Below are positions 39,801 through 52,283 of a DNA stretch of 64,000 nucleotides, one piece after another. Both the position numbers and the translations under genes were made by a program. The notes beneath the pieces are model-generated. The model saw only the letters and a list, made by a program, of their open reading frames with translations, searched no databases and was not told the DNA's origin. Position 1 is the first letter of the stretch, and each line of letters opens with the position of its first letter. Source of the stretch: Vicugna vicugna (Eukaryota); assembly GCA_013265495.1 (NCBI GenBank), contig MU058444.1, positions 1 through 64,000 on the forward strand. Reading direction: 5' to 3'.

Positions 39801-42800
39801 GAAGATATTAAGATGATTTGATATTGAATACGTAAAGCAGACATTTTACTGTCTGCACCAAACACTCGTCAATTTACAAATACAAAAAGGCACAATTTAA
39901 GATTTTCTCAGAGTGTGAGCTGCTAGGAAAACAAAACAGTGAGTGTGTCACAGAAGTTAGGAGACACGTCAGCAGCCATGAAAGAAGGGGTCGTGTTACT
40001 TTTTTGGGCAGCATGTTTGAGGAAACAAGAGGAAATATTGATATTAACAAAGAATTCAGAACTGGAGAGTAAGAATCCTAAAAGAAGGGTACTTTCATGG
40101 ACTTAAAATCTGTCTTCATTCCCTGCTGCACTGGGTCATGAAAAGTCACAGGAGGCTCTACTCTCACCGACTCCACACAGGCCCAGAAGACGCCCCCACC
40201 CTGGTGAGCGACGTGAAATGCACTCAAAACAGAGCAGGTACCTCGAAATGGTCAGACTCGTTGGCGTCGTCCAGGTGTATTTTCTCCTCAAACAGAGTCA
40301 GCGGGTCTCTGATGAAGAGGTGAGCCACGTGCTGGGCCAGGAGGTGATCGATGCCTGCAAACAAAAGTCACTGTTCGCTTCCGTGCCCGAGGCCCCGGGA
40401 CAGCTCAGGAAGCCTGCAGACGGGGTCTAGAAGCTCAGGAGGTGGCCGGTTTGTGCAGCGTTCTTGTGTTGCCCGAGACTTTATCCTGCGGACCCTGGGG
40501 GGGTGTCGGAGTTTTACTTGCTTCCTCCACCGTGCCTGTGGGGACACTGACGTGGACCCGGGAACAGACCCCCGAAGTAAGCTCCTTTCGCTAGAAGTCA
40601 AGAAGGTCTCACAAGTATTTGTAACATGAAACATTAGGAACAAGCAGCCTCATTAGAAAAGCTAAGAGACTTTATAATTAAAAATAGAAACCAGACCAGG
40701 AGTCAAACAAAACTAAAGGCTTGCAACCAATCTAGAAGAACGGAGCGGAGGCCCACCTTCCTGCAGCAGATGGCCGTAGATCTCCCTGTCTATGGTCAGG
40801 TCGAGGTCGTTGTACTTCTCCCCACACTCGGACAAGTAACTGTCGATGGAGTCGTACCGGGATTTACTAATCCTATAGCTATTGTTCTTCAGCGGCTAAA
40901 ATGTGAAAAAAATAAGTGAGTGCCGTATAAAACTACCTAGAAATAAACTAATGCCCCAAATAAGTATATTGAAATGTTATATATTTTACATATAACTACA
41001 TAAACCTGTCCAACTTAAACACGAGATCCTGCAGAAAAAGCTAGTTAACCCTGAAAAGTAAATTATTAAAAAAAAAATCTGGAGGCAGTTTAGTCTGTTC
41101 TGTTATGATTTAAATATATATATTTTAAAGCAGACCACCTTCATTCTTATTAAGCTAGGAAAATGCCAATGTTAAGAACAAAAATATAAACCTATAATGA
41201 AAAACAAAGCTACTGAAGTGAGTTCTCCTTTAATGTTTCTTTCTACTTAGAAAGCACGTTCAACAATTTACGAACGATTACATAAAGACCAGAGCAGCAG
41301 TGGTGCAGCCCTGGTTGAGATCCTCAGAATCACCCGTGAGGGCTCGTCTACTAACACCTACGTCGAGGTCCCAGTTCTGGACATACTTCCTGGGTCTCAG
41401 ATGGGCCTGGGTGTCTATTGCTAAAGCTCTCTATAGGTGGTTCTGATGCACACTCGTGGTCGGAGAGATGTGGGGTCACAGTTCAACATGCAAACAAAAG
41501 GCACAAACCTACCCTTATTAGGCAAACCTAACCTTTTATAAGGGGCAAAAGGATCTTGGACAACACATTACACTTTCCACAGCAGAAAGCATCATATACA
41601 AAGCACTCACGTAGCGCCAAAAAGCCTTCTGGTAAAACCAGCCATCAGCGCTGACTTCCAAAATACAGACACCTTGTACTACTGACTTTAGGTGGTGAAA
41701 TAGATACAGGTTTTAACAGATGATGGAAATTAACTGTCCTCCCCCCCAGACCCAACCAACCACGTTTCCCACATTCTCACCCCAAACATACTGTGAAGCC
41801 AAAGACAGGTTGATAACCTGTAAATTTCTTCCCACATGTGACAAACCCACTCAAGATAAAAATTTTAGGGGAGACTTCAAAACTGCGAGTCGTTACCATA
41901 ACCCCATTTTACCTGTTGGAGTTAAAAAGGCTATTAAGGAAAGTTATTCCCACCTCCAGTCCTCTCTCCTCCCGAGTTCTATCATCTACAGACGCAGAAA
42001 TCACTCCCCAGCGACAATCAATGTCTGACACATAGCCTCGGTAAAAAGGAGACGCAGCGCTCAAAGCCATCTAAAAACAAACAGAAGTCAGCACCTGCAA
42101 GTTCAAAATGTCACTCACATGCTGAAAAAAGCTCCATGCAGTTACCCCTGGTCAAGAACTGGTTTATGCACCCTTACAGAGTTCCGCTGCAGCTGTCTCT
42201 GCCTGCCTTCTCCTTGTAAAATACACCAGAAGTGACTCAAATCCCTGCATCTGATGCATTTAAATCCTCCTCTCAAACTATCACGTGAGGGCTCGGGGGA
42301 TGGGAGAGGGAAAACGGCTAAGCTCGAACTCGACACTTAACACACAAACGCCCTACTGCTTGGCAACACTAAACTCTACAGTTTAGACTCCCACTCATTA
42401 GTTGTAAATCTGCACGTTACTTATGTTAGTTCAGTTCTAAATAAAGTTTTAACTGGACTTAAATAGCACACAGCAAATTTTGCACATGCAGTCTTTACTT
42501 TATATAAAGGAGTATATAAGATTAGATGTAATTTCTACTTACAACAATTGGGCAGATAGTGGCCAACTGATCATACAGGTAGCGGGCCTCAGATATGCTG
42601 CAGGCTTGGAACGTTACCTGTTTAAGAATCACAAGTTACTCAACCACAACACAAAGTCATTACCATCTTCCCTGAGGAGTCAAGTCTGAAGGAAGGCAGC
42701 CGGAGGAGGGAGGGGGGCGGGGTATTGCTGACAACCCTGAACACGGGAGTTTTGCTGTAAAAGCTGGCTCGGATGAATGCTGCTAGAAGACGGAATTTCA

Positions 42801-45800
42801 TCAGGTTCACATCTAATATGAATAACCGTGTTCCTACGTTAAATAAGATTAAGAAGTCAGGAAAGAAAAATAAGACCTCGATTAATGGTGAGGTTCAGCC
42901 TGCATTTCCTCTCCTACTGGGTTACCTCCCTCTCTAGCTTCCCATCCACGATGGTTAGCTGAGGGCTGTGTAAATTCTGGTGCAAGGGGGACTTGGAGAT
43001 GCGAGCGACGGGCTTCACAGTTCACCGGGAGCACAGCTGGGAAGAGCTTGGAAGGGGCCGTCCAGGAGGAGACTGAGGAGAGCAGGTGGGATGGGGCACA
43101 CCAGAGCCAAAGCAGGCCTGGTGACCAGGGGACACAGACAGTGAGGAGGGACTTGGGTTTTGGCCTGGATGTTCCTAGGACAGACAGGAAGCAGCAAGGA
43201 ACAGGACAGCAGCCCTGTAAGTGGCTTGGTCTCCGGGGCTGGTGCCAGGAGGAAAAATGTGAACTGGAGGGAACAGCTGGGGAGCAGACCCAGGTGATGT
43301 ACCCGGGGAGATTACCCGGGATGCCCGCACAAGAGGGGTAAATAGGACATTTAAGAGCTGGGCAGAGAAAAAGATCACGTAATTGATTCATGCAAATCCT
43401 CTAAGAACAATTACTCAAAGAAACCAAAAGACAAAAAAAAGAAAAAATCCTGCCCTCTGTGGGGTGCGGGGCAGTGGAAGGACAAGGAACACAAATTGTG
43501 GCTGTATTGGCACATGTGATAACTGCAGACTGGGGACAGCTCTCACGTCCTGTTATCTGACCACGACAGTCTGAATTCAGTGTTGGCGCAGGAAGTAAGC
43601 AAAGTGCTTAATACTTGAAGCAGAAGCGGAGTGAATGTTCACTGTTCCAACCCCAACCTGTCAGGTCCCGCAGTTTTAGCCACGTTCCAGCTCTGCCTTT
43701 TCCATTCTGCTCTGACTTTTGTTTAGACAGCGGAACACTCCTGCGGGAGACTCGCTGGTCTACCTGCTGGATTTGGGGGCTGTTTCATGTCTGCCTGGTG
43801 ACTGACGACAGACAACAACTGTTCAGACAACTTAGTGCCCTGAACTTTCCTGTCGTTCCTGTGTGAATTATGAAGTCAGGGCTACATTTTAATTAAAACT
43901 TGATGATAGTTAGCCAGCCATTACAAATTAACACGGAGAAGGGCTGTGTCACCGACAATAAGGAGCAAGAGTGGCAAAGGTTAAAACAGAGACTGAGAAG
44001 GACTGGCCATTAGGTCACCAATAACCAAAACAAGGGTGGTGTCTACAAAGAGGTGAGACTTCAGAAGCAGCTTGTGCGACGGAGACGGGAGGCAAAGTAT
44101 TAACATACTTACCTGCCGGGACCCCCGCCCTAAAATGTGAGCCCCAGGACGGCTCTGCCTTGTGGCTCTGTCCCCAGCGTGCAGGACAGGGCCTGACGCC
44201 CACTTGGTACTTGACATTTATTAAGTGAACAGAGTGTCCTGAAGGAAAGAGCACTCAAGAGGAGAACCCAGGAGCAGAGACAAGTTTGACTGGTGTACAA
44301 CGGTGAGTTACTTGAAAAAACTGACCCTACAGTCCAAACATTTATAGACTGAGATTAAAAATACATAAAAGTTCCCCCGAGGGTTTTGACCACTGAATGC
44401 TTTTGAATACACATCACTTCTTCATTTATTTAGGCCCTTTGTTTTGCATTCCTCTTAGGTATTCTAGAGTGTCTGTTATTTTTAATTTTAAGAAGATGCT
44501 GTGCTAAGCATGATTTTTTCTTTTCAGTTTCCTGATTGGCTTCTCTTAGATGGACTAGCATATACTTGACAATTCACAGGCAGATCCTGAAAAAGCCAAC
44601 CCTAGAGAAATTCCATAGTTGAGTTACAACAGTCATAGGACTCAGTTATTCTAAACATACTGAGTAACTAGTTTCCCTACCCCAGGCCTGACACAGCTCT
44701 TGCCAAAGCAAACAGGACATCACTGCAGTAATGGCTCCTGTGGCGCAAGGAAAAGAGTTCTCAATACCTTAAAGAGATACGAATATATGAATGATTTTGG
44801 TTTCTGGTAACCTCCTAAAGTACCACATGAAGAGGAGAAGCAATGTCACTAGGAAATTGATGAGGGGAGAAAAAACAAAATATGAAAAATAGATGTTAGA
44901 AAACCTGAATACCTAAGATCTGTCTAGAACCCGGTGTTGAAACCACAGGACTTTCTCAGGGGGGAAGACCTTTCACGACATGCATGAGCTGACTAAATGG
45001 TTCCTGAGAAGTCCCCCAGAAGAGCCAGGAATTTGAGAATATGGTTAAAATGTGTTTTGTTCTGTACAGAAGTCTCTCATTAACCTTAAAAAAAAATCCT
45101 TTGAAGCCTTTTTTGCTGCTTTATTGTAATAAGCAGTTTCTAGTGTTCCATTTAAGAGAGAAAGCAGAAACTTCCGTGGCTAATTGTGGAATTTGTCTCA
45201 TTTCCCATACATTTATATGCTCTCTACTAATAATTTTTAAGAAGAGTATTGAAAGTGGGGTGCTGGACATGCCACTAAGAAAAAGAAAATCTTCAGCCCA
45301 CAGCAAAACTTCACTTGGATGGAGACCTGTATCTGCAGGCAGTAACAATGTTAACTACCTACCACTGGGACATATTTACTTGTATAAATATCCTGTTTCA
45401 AGGGAAAGAACATTCCCTTGGAATGAGGCAACTGTCCTGTCTGTGGCAAAAACACTCTGGTGGTTTAATATTAAACCAAGGGAAGAAGGCAATCAGTACT
45501 CCAACAGCACTGATACAATTTTAAAGCTACGTGCTGTGAGTTCCAGAGCTGAACGGTTCCCTTTAGAAATATTTGTAATTAAGATAGGAAAGCAGATACA
45601 CAGTTAAAAGTCAAAAGGTCCCTTTTTTATGAAGTGTGACCATCTGTAAGGAAATTTACTGGCCTAAGTTTGTTTGGAAGACATGTGTTCCACCACCTAT
45701 GTAAGTCAGGAAGAGCAGGAAAAAATGCTATCCTTGGCCATGGTTATTTAAACACGTTTAGCATGGACAAATCTGACTCTGGCGTTCACTTCTGATTATA

Positions 45801-48800
45801 CATAGTTGTAAGAGTAAATGCATCTGAGACATACGAGCAAGAAGGTGTGTGTCTGGGCTGCAGCTGTTGGAACGCAGGGGTCGCTGGGTCCCTCGGCCGA
45901 GGGGAGAACACAGACTAAAGGCTGGGGTGGGGCCCTCGCATGGGGCCGGCTCTGCACCTCTAGGCCCCCAAGGACACTGTTTCTCATCAGACAAGTCATC
46001 AGAACTGGATAGAACCTCTCCCTGGATAAATAGCAGGAGGCCCTCTTTTTTAAAATTTGAAATCTTCAATTTGAAACTTTTAACTTGGTGCGACTCCTTC
46101 TTCTGTTCTAACATGATCTTGAATAAATGAAAGATTAGAACAATGAAATATTAGCTCAGAGTCAGACCTGGAAGGGGCCTTCGTATAAACACTTCTTTCA
46201 ACTGATGAGAAAACCAAGCCCCTTTGGGAGTTGCCCAAATGCCTGACAAGAAACAACACCAGAACGCAGGCTCGTGTGCAGCCCAGGTCCTCGGTGAGCC
46301 GGGCCACAACCACTGCCGCGGCGCCAGGAATCTGATCAGATCCAGGGAAAGTTTTAACTAAGGAATTAAGAGAAAGGCTATTCTTATTCTGCTTCCTGTG
46401 AAACATAGCCAGGGGCTGCTCAATGTTTATTCTTCTGGCACCACTAGATGCCTTGCAGGAAGATAAAAATTTAAAAATCCTGGCAATCTCCTCCTTGGAT
46501 CACAAAGTGCATCCGTTGGGGTTCATTTCAGAAATATGATCAGAGGGATATTTACAATCTCAAAGCTGGACCATCACTAGATGGCAGCAAAAATCAGGCC
46601 CATGGAAAACAGAGACTGGCCCCAGAATAGCTCACATTTTAAGTTAATCAACAACCACATCTTGGTAGCTCTGAACTGTAAAGTCTGTCAAGAGGTAACT
46701 TCCAATGAATTTATTAACATGACTTCATTGGTTTTCAGAAAGATGTACTATTGTTATTCCAATCTGGTTAAAAGGTGGCTTTTTAAAAGGCAACACGCAC
46801 ACACAAGGAAGGAAGCCATCAGTAGGAATGGGTGAGGGCGCCTCCCTCCCTGCGTGTGGGAAACGGTACCTGGAGACAGCAATTGCCCATCCCGAAGCCC
46901 ATGGCGTCCATGTAAATGTGGTCCGGCTTAGCCGCCTTCGCTGCCTCGTCATCCTCGGCAAACGTCTCTATAAACGGAGACGGTGTGTTCTTGTCCTTAA
47001 ATACTGTTATTAAAAAAAAAAGAGCCGGAAGCAGGTGAGAGTCAAGGATGAACAATGATGGGGGGCGGGGGGCCCTCCCACCCACCACCTCAGCAGACTC
47101 ACTCGGGACATTGATGACGACTTTCTCTCCCCTCCTGTGCCGGATGTTCCTTGTTAGGGTGCTGAAACAGACAACAGACGTGGTAAGTGCGTCACCTAAG
47201 AACCATCGTGCAAAAGAAGAATTTGATAATATTCAAGTACATGGATTGAAATCCTCCATCAAACTCATCCTCTAAGACAACCCTACAGAAAATGCACACA
47301 GACCAAGAGACTGAGGGAATTCCCTCAAAGAAGGCTTCGCATGGGTACCACGTCCTCTGGCTCTTGCTTGAGAACGTCATTCTCTCCCCTGCCCAAGCCC
47401 TGATTCCCGGGTCCATGGAACTCAACAAAACCAAGTTCATGTGTTCAAGATCTGCCAGGGTCTGGTATCATCGTGTTTCTAACACTTCCCCAGGCGTCTC
47501 TGGACCAGTACCTCATCACTCCTTCCACCCAGTCTGCAGCCTTAATACTTATCCTGCAGACCACAGCGTCTGATCCAGAAGCCACCAGGCACACGGGGGT
47601 GACTGTGCACTTGAAATGTGGCTGGTCCTAACTAAAGCGTGCTGTAAGGGTGCACACACAGCAGACTGTGAAGACCGGGTACAGAAATAGAGTAAAACTT
47701 CATATTAATAATCTAAAAATACTGATTACAAGTTAAAAATAATATTTGGAACACATAGGGTTAAGTAAAATGCTATAAGTTCACCTTTTTACCTTTTTAA
47801 ATGTGGCTACTAATTATTATTTAAATTATTATTAAAATGATATGTGTGGCTCATGTTACGTTCCACCCGACAGGGCTGCTGTCAGCGAGGCTGGCCTTGA
47901 CTCCCTCAGTGAGAAGCACCCTCCTTCCTCCAAGGAGTCTCTGGTGGTACCAGCAGCTGAGTGTCTCTGTGTTCCCCAGGCACACTGTAACATTTGATGT
48001 TGGGGCCTGTGTTAACCTATCCTTCTCTCCCTTGGGAGACTCTGCAAATAGCAGGTGTGCAGACCTGTGAGAGGAATGAAGTCACCAGGTCCCTAACTCT
48101 AGGTCGGGAGCCCGGGTTCAGCATGATGGGTGAGACTCAGAGGTGCAGAGCTGAGATCAGACGGTTGTGGGCCCGAGACTTCAAACTACAGACTAGCAGA
48201 CCTGGAAGTTAACAGAGCAGAAGGCGGAGCCCCAGTCACATACCGGGTATTGTCCGTGTTTAACCCCACTGTCGGGGCACAAGGAGTGCGACAGCAGAAC
48301 ACAGGTGCTGGTGGTAACATGCACAGGGGAGAGGGTAAAAGTAACGACGGGAGAGCTTCCCCAAACAGGTGTGTGCAGAGAATCAGGGCTGGAAACATCC
48401 TGTGGCTGAGTTAACAACTTCAGGATGACTTGGAAAATGGGCAGATCCAGCCCGGATAGAAGCAGCACCAACCGAGCAGCCTTGCGGGTGCTGAGGGTGT
48501 GCGCAGGCACAGCCACGGGTCTGCTGGCTTAGTTACAGAAGGAGCCAGAACCCAGGAGCTGCTGGCTGGGGTGCAGGGGTCTGGTCTCCTGCCTCTCAGC
48601 ACAAACACACTCACCTGAAGCGCGGGTGCTTGTTGATTGCTTCGTCGGGAAAGAAGAGGGACTTGGAAGCTCCTCCTTCGACCGGGCGGGGCCTGAACTC
48701 GGGCAGCGTGAACCCAGGGCAGCCTAATCTACAACAAATTGGAGAACTAAATAGATAGAATCTGTCTCCGGGGGTTAGTTCTGTCTTGCTACTGCTGAAC

Positions 48801-51800
48801 ACTGCCTGTGTGACGCTGCCCTTTGCAGAGAGTCTAGCGCGCTGGTGTTCTACAAACACTGTGCCCGCGGCAACCACCCCATTGTGCTCGGTCTTTGCTC
48901 ACAAGCTCTTCTCTTGTGACTCCAGCCCTGTAGCAACTTCATCAGCGCCTGGGCCCCTCAGGGTCTGCAGGACGCATGCTCTGGCCTGGCCACCCCGGTG
49001 GTTCCCCACCGCAGCTTCAGAGGCGGCTGGCTGTCCTTCCCAGCTCTCGGCTCACCTGCTGACCCCTGCACCCCACCACCTCCTGATAAGCCTGCTTCGG
49101 ATCTGGAGGGGCCTCCTGCTTGTTGCCTCCGCAGGTCACCCCATGGATCCTCCAGATCAGGCGGGCTGTCCGCAGGTGTCCCCATCGGCCCCCAGACCTC
49201 CCTCTGGAGTCTGAAACCCAGCTCGCTTACCTCACTTCACCCCAGAAGAACTTTAATTCCAACACAGACACAAGCTCAGTCTCTAAAGCTCAAATTCCCC
49301 ATTACCGGCAGTGACGTCACCAGCTCCCCCGAGTTAAGAAATTTAAGGTCACCGCTATGTGTGTGCCGTGGGGGAGACCCAGACTAACAAAAATCAGAGG
49401 AAACAAAACAAGAAAGGCTCTTGTCAGGGCTTAGATCTGTGGTGGGAAACTTCTGGCTGGAGGGCCAAGACTAATGAGCCCGGGCCTTATTTTCAACCCC
49501 ACTTTTCATAAAGTTGGCTGCCCACGTTCGCCTTGTGAACTATCCAATTTGCCACCCAATCTTTTCTGAAAAACAGTTCTCAGCTGTGGGGAGGGCTCCT
49601 GAGAACTCCTGCAGCTCCGTGCAGGCTTTGCCTTGGAAAGCCCTTGAGGAGAGTGAGGAACTGAGACCTGGGGGAGTCTTCACTAACCAGAATCGGGCTG
49701 GAGGAAGAGAGACGGCAGTGTCTGTTGGGCAGGAAGCGGACTTCGGGCCTCAGGCCCTCACCGCCCACAGCACAGCTTCTCTCCTGGACCGGCACCGTCC
49801 ATCGGACTCTAGGCAGCGATGGGAATGCTCACTGTCTGCACCCGCAGGGCCCACAGGGCCGCCACCAGCCATGGGTGGGCACTGAGCACTTGGAATGAGG
49901 ACAGTGAGCCTGAGGAACTGAGTCTCTCATTTTATGCAAGTCTGGTTAATTTAAATTTAAACACACGACCGTTTTCTAGATTCACGACCGCTTTCTGGAT
50001 TACAGGACCAAGCTACAGTTCTGCCTGTTTACAGAAAGAAAATCACTTCCTTATCATTTAACTATGGATGTAAGGTGAGGCCTCTACAACTAAATAATTA
50101 TTATTCCTGCTCCGTTTACAAGTCCAAAAAAGTGCCCTCCCCTCATAAAAGATTTGGTTAGACTTTTTAAAAATTAGATTTTTAGAATAAAACTTACTCC
50201 TAGCTCAACACTCCTCCCTTAATAACTTAAGACAAAGAAAAAGATACTTCTCTAAGTGATGATGAGTTGTTTAAATAAGGTTTCCACTATTTAGATGTGA
50301 CCATGGAGATTTAAAAAAAAATTCCCTTTACATGTCCTTCTCAGACCAGTGATATGACTGACACTTGTTGGGAAAAAAAGAAGGTATGAGAATAGTTCAA
50401 AGTGTTCCAGGCCATGGACACCAACTGCCGAAGCGCCTCTGAACTTTGGGGAGGTCAGCGTGCTTCGCCCCAACCTGACAGAGATCCAGCACAGATAGGC
50501 AGATTGACAACTCGGTGGAGCTGCATTCTTGTGCACGGGCCCTGCGTGTAACTGTACGGGATTTCTCTGCCGCATTCTAAGCGAAGGACGCAATTCCACT
50601 GTTCGTGTTACATTATAGTTACTCTCATGAACTTTTAGCCGTGGCTAGGTTTAATGACAAATCCTAAATTTTCTTTCCAGTACAATATCCAAACCTGACC
50701 CAATGACTCCCTGGTTCTTAGTTAACACGTATGGACAGACCCTGGGAGCACTGACGCCAGCCCCCCATCAGGGCCCCCCGATCTGATCTGGAGGGAGCCG
50801 CGGTTACAGCGAGCTAGAAGAAGACACGACCATCTCCTTCCTTCCGGGGTCAGGACTGCTCGGCAGACACTCGCTCCGTCCACCGGCTGGGGACGCAGTC
50901 ACGTCGCTAATCAGTCCCAGGGTCCTTCTCATCCAGCCCAGACACGTCCTCCAGGCCACCAGCACCGGCCGAGCCGGGCAGGTGACTCTGCCTGCAGCCC
51001 TGATGTTATAGATTCTACTGGACGCAGCGTGGAAAGTGTGAACTGTCCGCAAAGCGCGATGGTCGTCGGGGCCAGTGCCTGGGTAGTGATTTGCTCTCTT
51101 TATCGCCTGCCAGGCACGCTGACACAGGAACTAACCTGGGAAATGAGGTTATCGTGCAGACAGCCTGGTTGTCTCCCAGCAGGGACGTCGCCTCCTGGCG
51201 GCGTTTCCTCATGTTGTCCTCCACGGTGTTGAACTCGGACATGGTCCCCCCGTACGGCTGGCCCGGTGTCCCTTCGATCATGTAGCTCCCGTACTCTGGT
51301 CTCCAGAGGGTAGGGTGGCTGTAGGGGAGAAAAAGTTTTGCTCCATCTGATTCTTGTGCCACAGTCTCCTCCATTTCTAGATCTTAAGAAGTTGCTTCAA
51401 AAAATTCAGAAACCACTGGGTATCAGTGATGCCAAGAACTCCGTTACAATTCCCAAAGGCTAATTTCCCAAAACTCTTCAGCTATGTAAGAGTTAAAAGT
51501 ACTACAGGGTCCAAAATATTTATAAATAACTGGGGTGCACGCAGGGTGCTCACTGTCCAAGACAGGCACGCCAGTCCACTTTGCAGGACAGGAGGCAGGG
51601 ACTTACAGGCTCGTTCAGTTTGATGCTGGGCCCCAAACTCAAATGCAGCCCCCCTTGAAGTCTAGTGAGCAGGAAAACGAACCTGGGAGTGCATGCCCCT
51701 GTCACCTCTGTCTACTCAAAGAAGTATTTTTAAAAAACATTCTGCCAGCCAAACAAAACCCATCTGCAAGTTTTACCTGGCACCACGGTTTGTCATCTCG

Positions 51801-52283
51801 GTAATGCTCTGGCATTTTCTTTCTTTTTTTTTTTTTAATGTTTAAATAGTAAAGAGCTTTGTACTGAGTTCACCCTTCTAAGTGCTTACTAGTGTGTTTA
51901 AAATGTCAACACCCTAAGAGGTAGGTATCATTGTTATTACTCAGACTTTACAGATTTGGAAACTGAAGCACAGAGAAGTTAAGTAACCTGCCTAAGGTCA
52001 GCCAGCTGTTAAGTAGAGGAAGCAGGATTGGAACCTAGGCAACTGGGAACCAGAGGCTGGGCTCTCAACGGCTGCACGCTCCTGCTTCCTGTCCATTAGA
52101 AGACAGATGCTATTTGAGTGGTTCTACCAGCTCAGAAACTCTAAAACAAGCCTTCAGTGCGTCAGCTTACTTTGGGTTTGTCCTTTCCCCTTTTTCTTGC
52201 AGAGTTTCAAGAACCTCCTCTCCAGACAGGACCAATTGGACTTTTTTGTTTTCATGATCGAAAGACACCAACATGTATTCCAC
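33670..52283 (-). CDS. GCLC: GCLC spliced CDS, exons 2-16 (exon 1 outside window; exon 14 3' end missing)
   Basis: 15 exons translate to the recognisable GCLC protein ([14 protein letters not shown] ... [24 protein letters not shown] ... [13 protein letters not shown]). Boundaries are AG/GT with consistent phases, except for the absent exon 14 donor. Confidence 0.98.
34865..34985 (-). CDS. GCLC: GCLC exon 15 (121 nt)
   Basis: cccatag|GAA GGC GTG... [40 protein letters not shown](G) |gtactg. Confidence 0.97.
35110..35190 (-). CDS. GCLC: GCLC exon 14, 3'-truncated in this sequence (81 nt present, no donor)
   Basis: ccggcag|GT GGC AGC... [26 protein letters not shown] then G CCCCCCC; the expected DTIINGK and GT donor are absent. 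Confidence 0.9.
35267..35348 (-). CDS. GCLC: GCLC exon 13 (82 nt)
   Basis: ccgtag|GTG GAC GAG... [27 protein letters not shown](G) |gtactg. Confidence 0.96.
35820..35929 (-). mobile_element. vic-1-like SINE in GCLC intron 12
   Basis: tRNA-Ala head with a small internal deletion; tgttgtt flanks. Confidence 0.85.
38107..38320. mobile_element. Tigger2/MER8-like DNA transposon
   Basis: TIR-like ends cggctgacccgtgaacaac / ttccgagggtcacccg and internal agttatatgcggttttttgactgc. Confidence 0.65.
39287..39391 (-). CDS. GCLC: GCLC exon 12 (105 nt)
   Basis: gtccag|GTG CAG TTG... [35 protein letters not shown] |gtaagg. Confidence 0.97.
39663..39755 (-). CDS. GCLC: GCLC exon 11 (93 nt)
   Basis: ttacag|AAT ATT CAG... 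[31 protein letters not shown] |gtacga. Confidence 0.97.
40242..40354 (-). CDS. GCLC: GCLC exon 10 (113 nt)
   Basis: ttgcag|GC ATC GAT... [37 protein letters not shown] |gtacct. Confidence 0.97.
40757..40895 (-). CDS. GCLC: GCLC exon 9 (139 nt)
   Basis: ttttag|CCG CTG AAG... [46 protein letters not shown](G) |gtgggc. Confidence 0.97.
41954..42070 (-). CDS. GCLC: GCLC exon 8 (117 nt)
   Basis: tttttag|ATG GCT TTG... [39 protein letters not shown] |gtggga. Confidence 0.97.
42543..42617 (-). CDS. GCLC: GCLC exon 7 (75 nt)
   Basis: aaacag|GTA ACG TTC... [25 protein letters not shown] |gtaagt. Confidence 0.97.
46870..47003 (-). CDS. GCLC: GCLC exon 6 (134 nt)
   Basis: ataacag|TA TTT AAG... [44 protein letters not shown] |gtaccg. 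Confidence 0.97.
47103..47161 (-). CDS. GCLC: GCLC exon 5 (59 nt)
   Basis: gtttcag|C ACC CTA... [19 protein letters not shown](I) |gtgagt. Confidence 0.96.
47560..47880. mobile_element. MER33/MER3-like hAT element
   Basis: gcacttgaaatgtggctggtcc...tttttaaatgtggctact...atgtgtggctcatgtta. Confidence 0.7.
48615..48728 (-). CDS. GCLC: GCLC exon 4 (114 nt)
   Basis: ttgtag|A TTA GGC... [37 protein letters not shown](S) |gtgagt. Confidence 0.97.
51136..51318 (-). CDS. GCLC: GCLC exon 3 (183 nt)
   Basis: cctacag|C CAC CCT... [60 protein letters not shown](R) |gttagt. Confidence 0.97.
51870..52090. mobile_element. MIR SINE. Others at ~1690-1830, 3090-3450, 6445-6670, 18130-18340, 25095-25240, 60150-60300.
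   Basis: MIR core tttacagatttggaaactgaagcacagagaagttaagtaacctgcctaaggtca. Confidence 0.8.
52171..52283 (-). CDS. GCLC: GCLC exon 2 (113 nt)
   Basis: ttttcaatag|GTG GAA TAC ATG... [37 protein letters not shown](N) ...CCA AA|gtaagc. Confidence 0.97.

Noticed and set aside
45041..45607. 188-aa ATG ORF antisense in GCLC intron 6
   Set aside because: No recognisable motif, composition looks non-coding, and there is no promoter or splice support. Ribo-seq or conserved frame would be needed.
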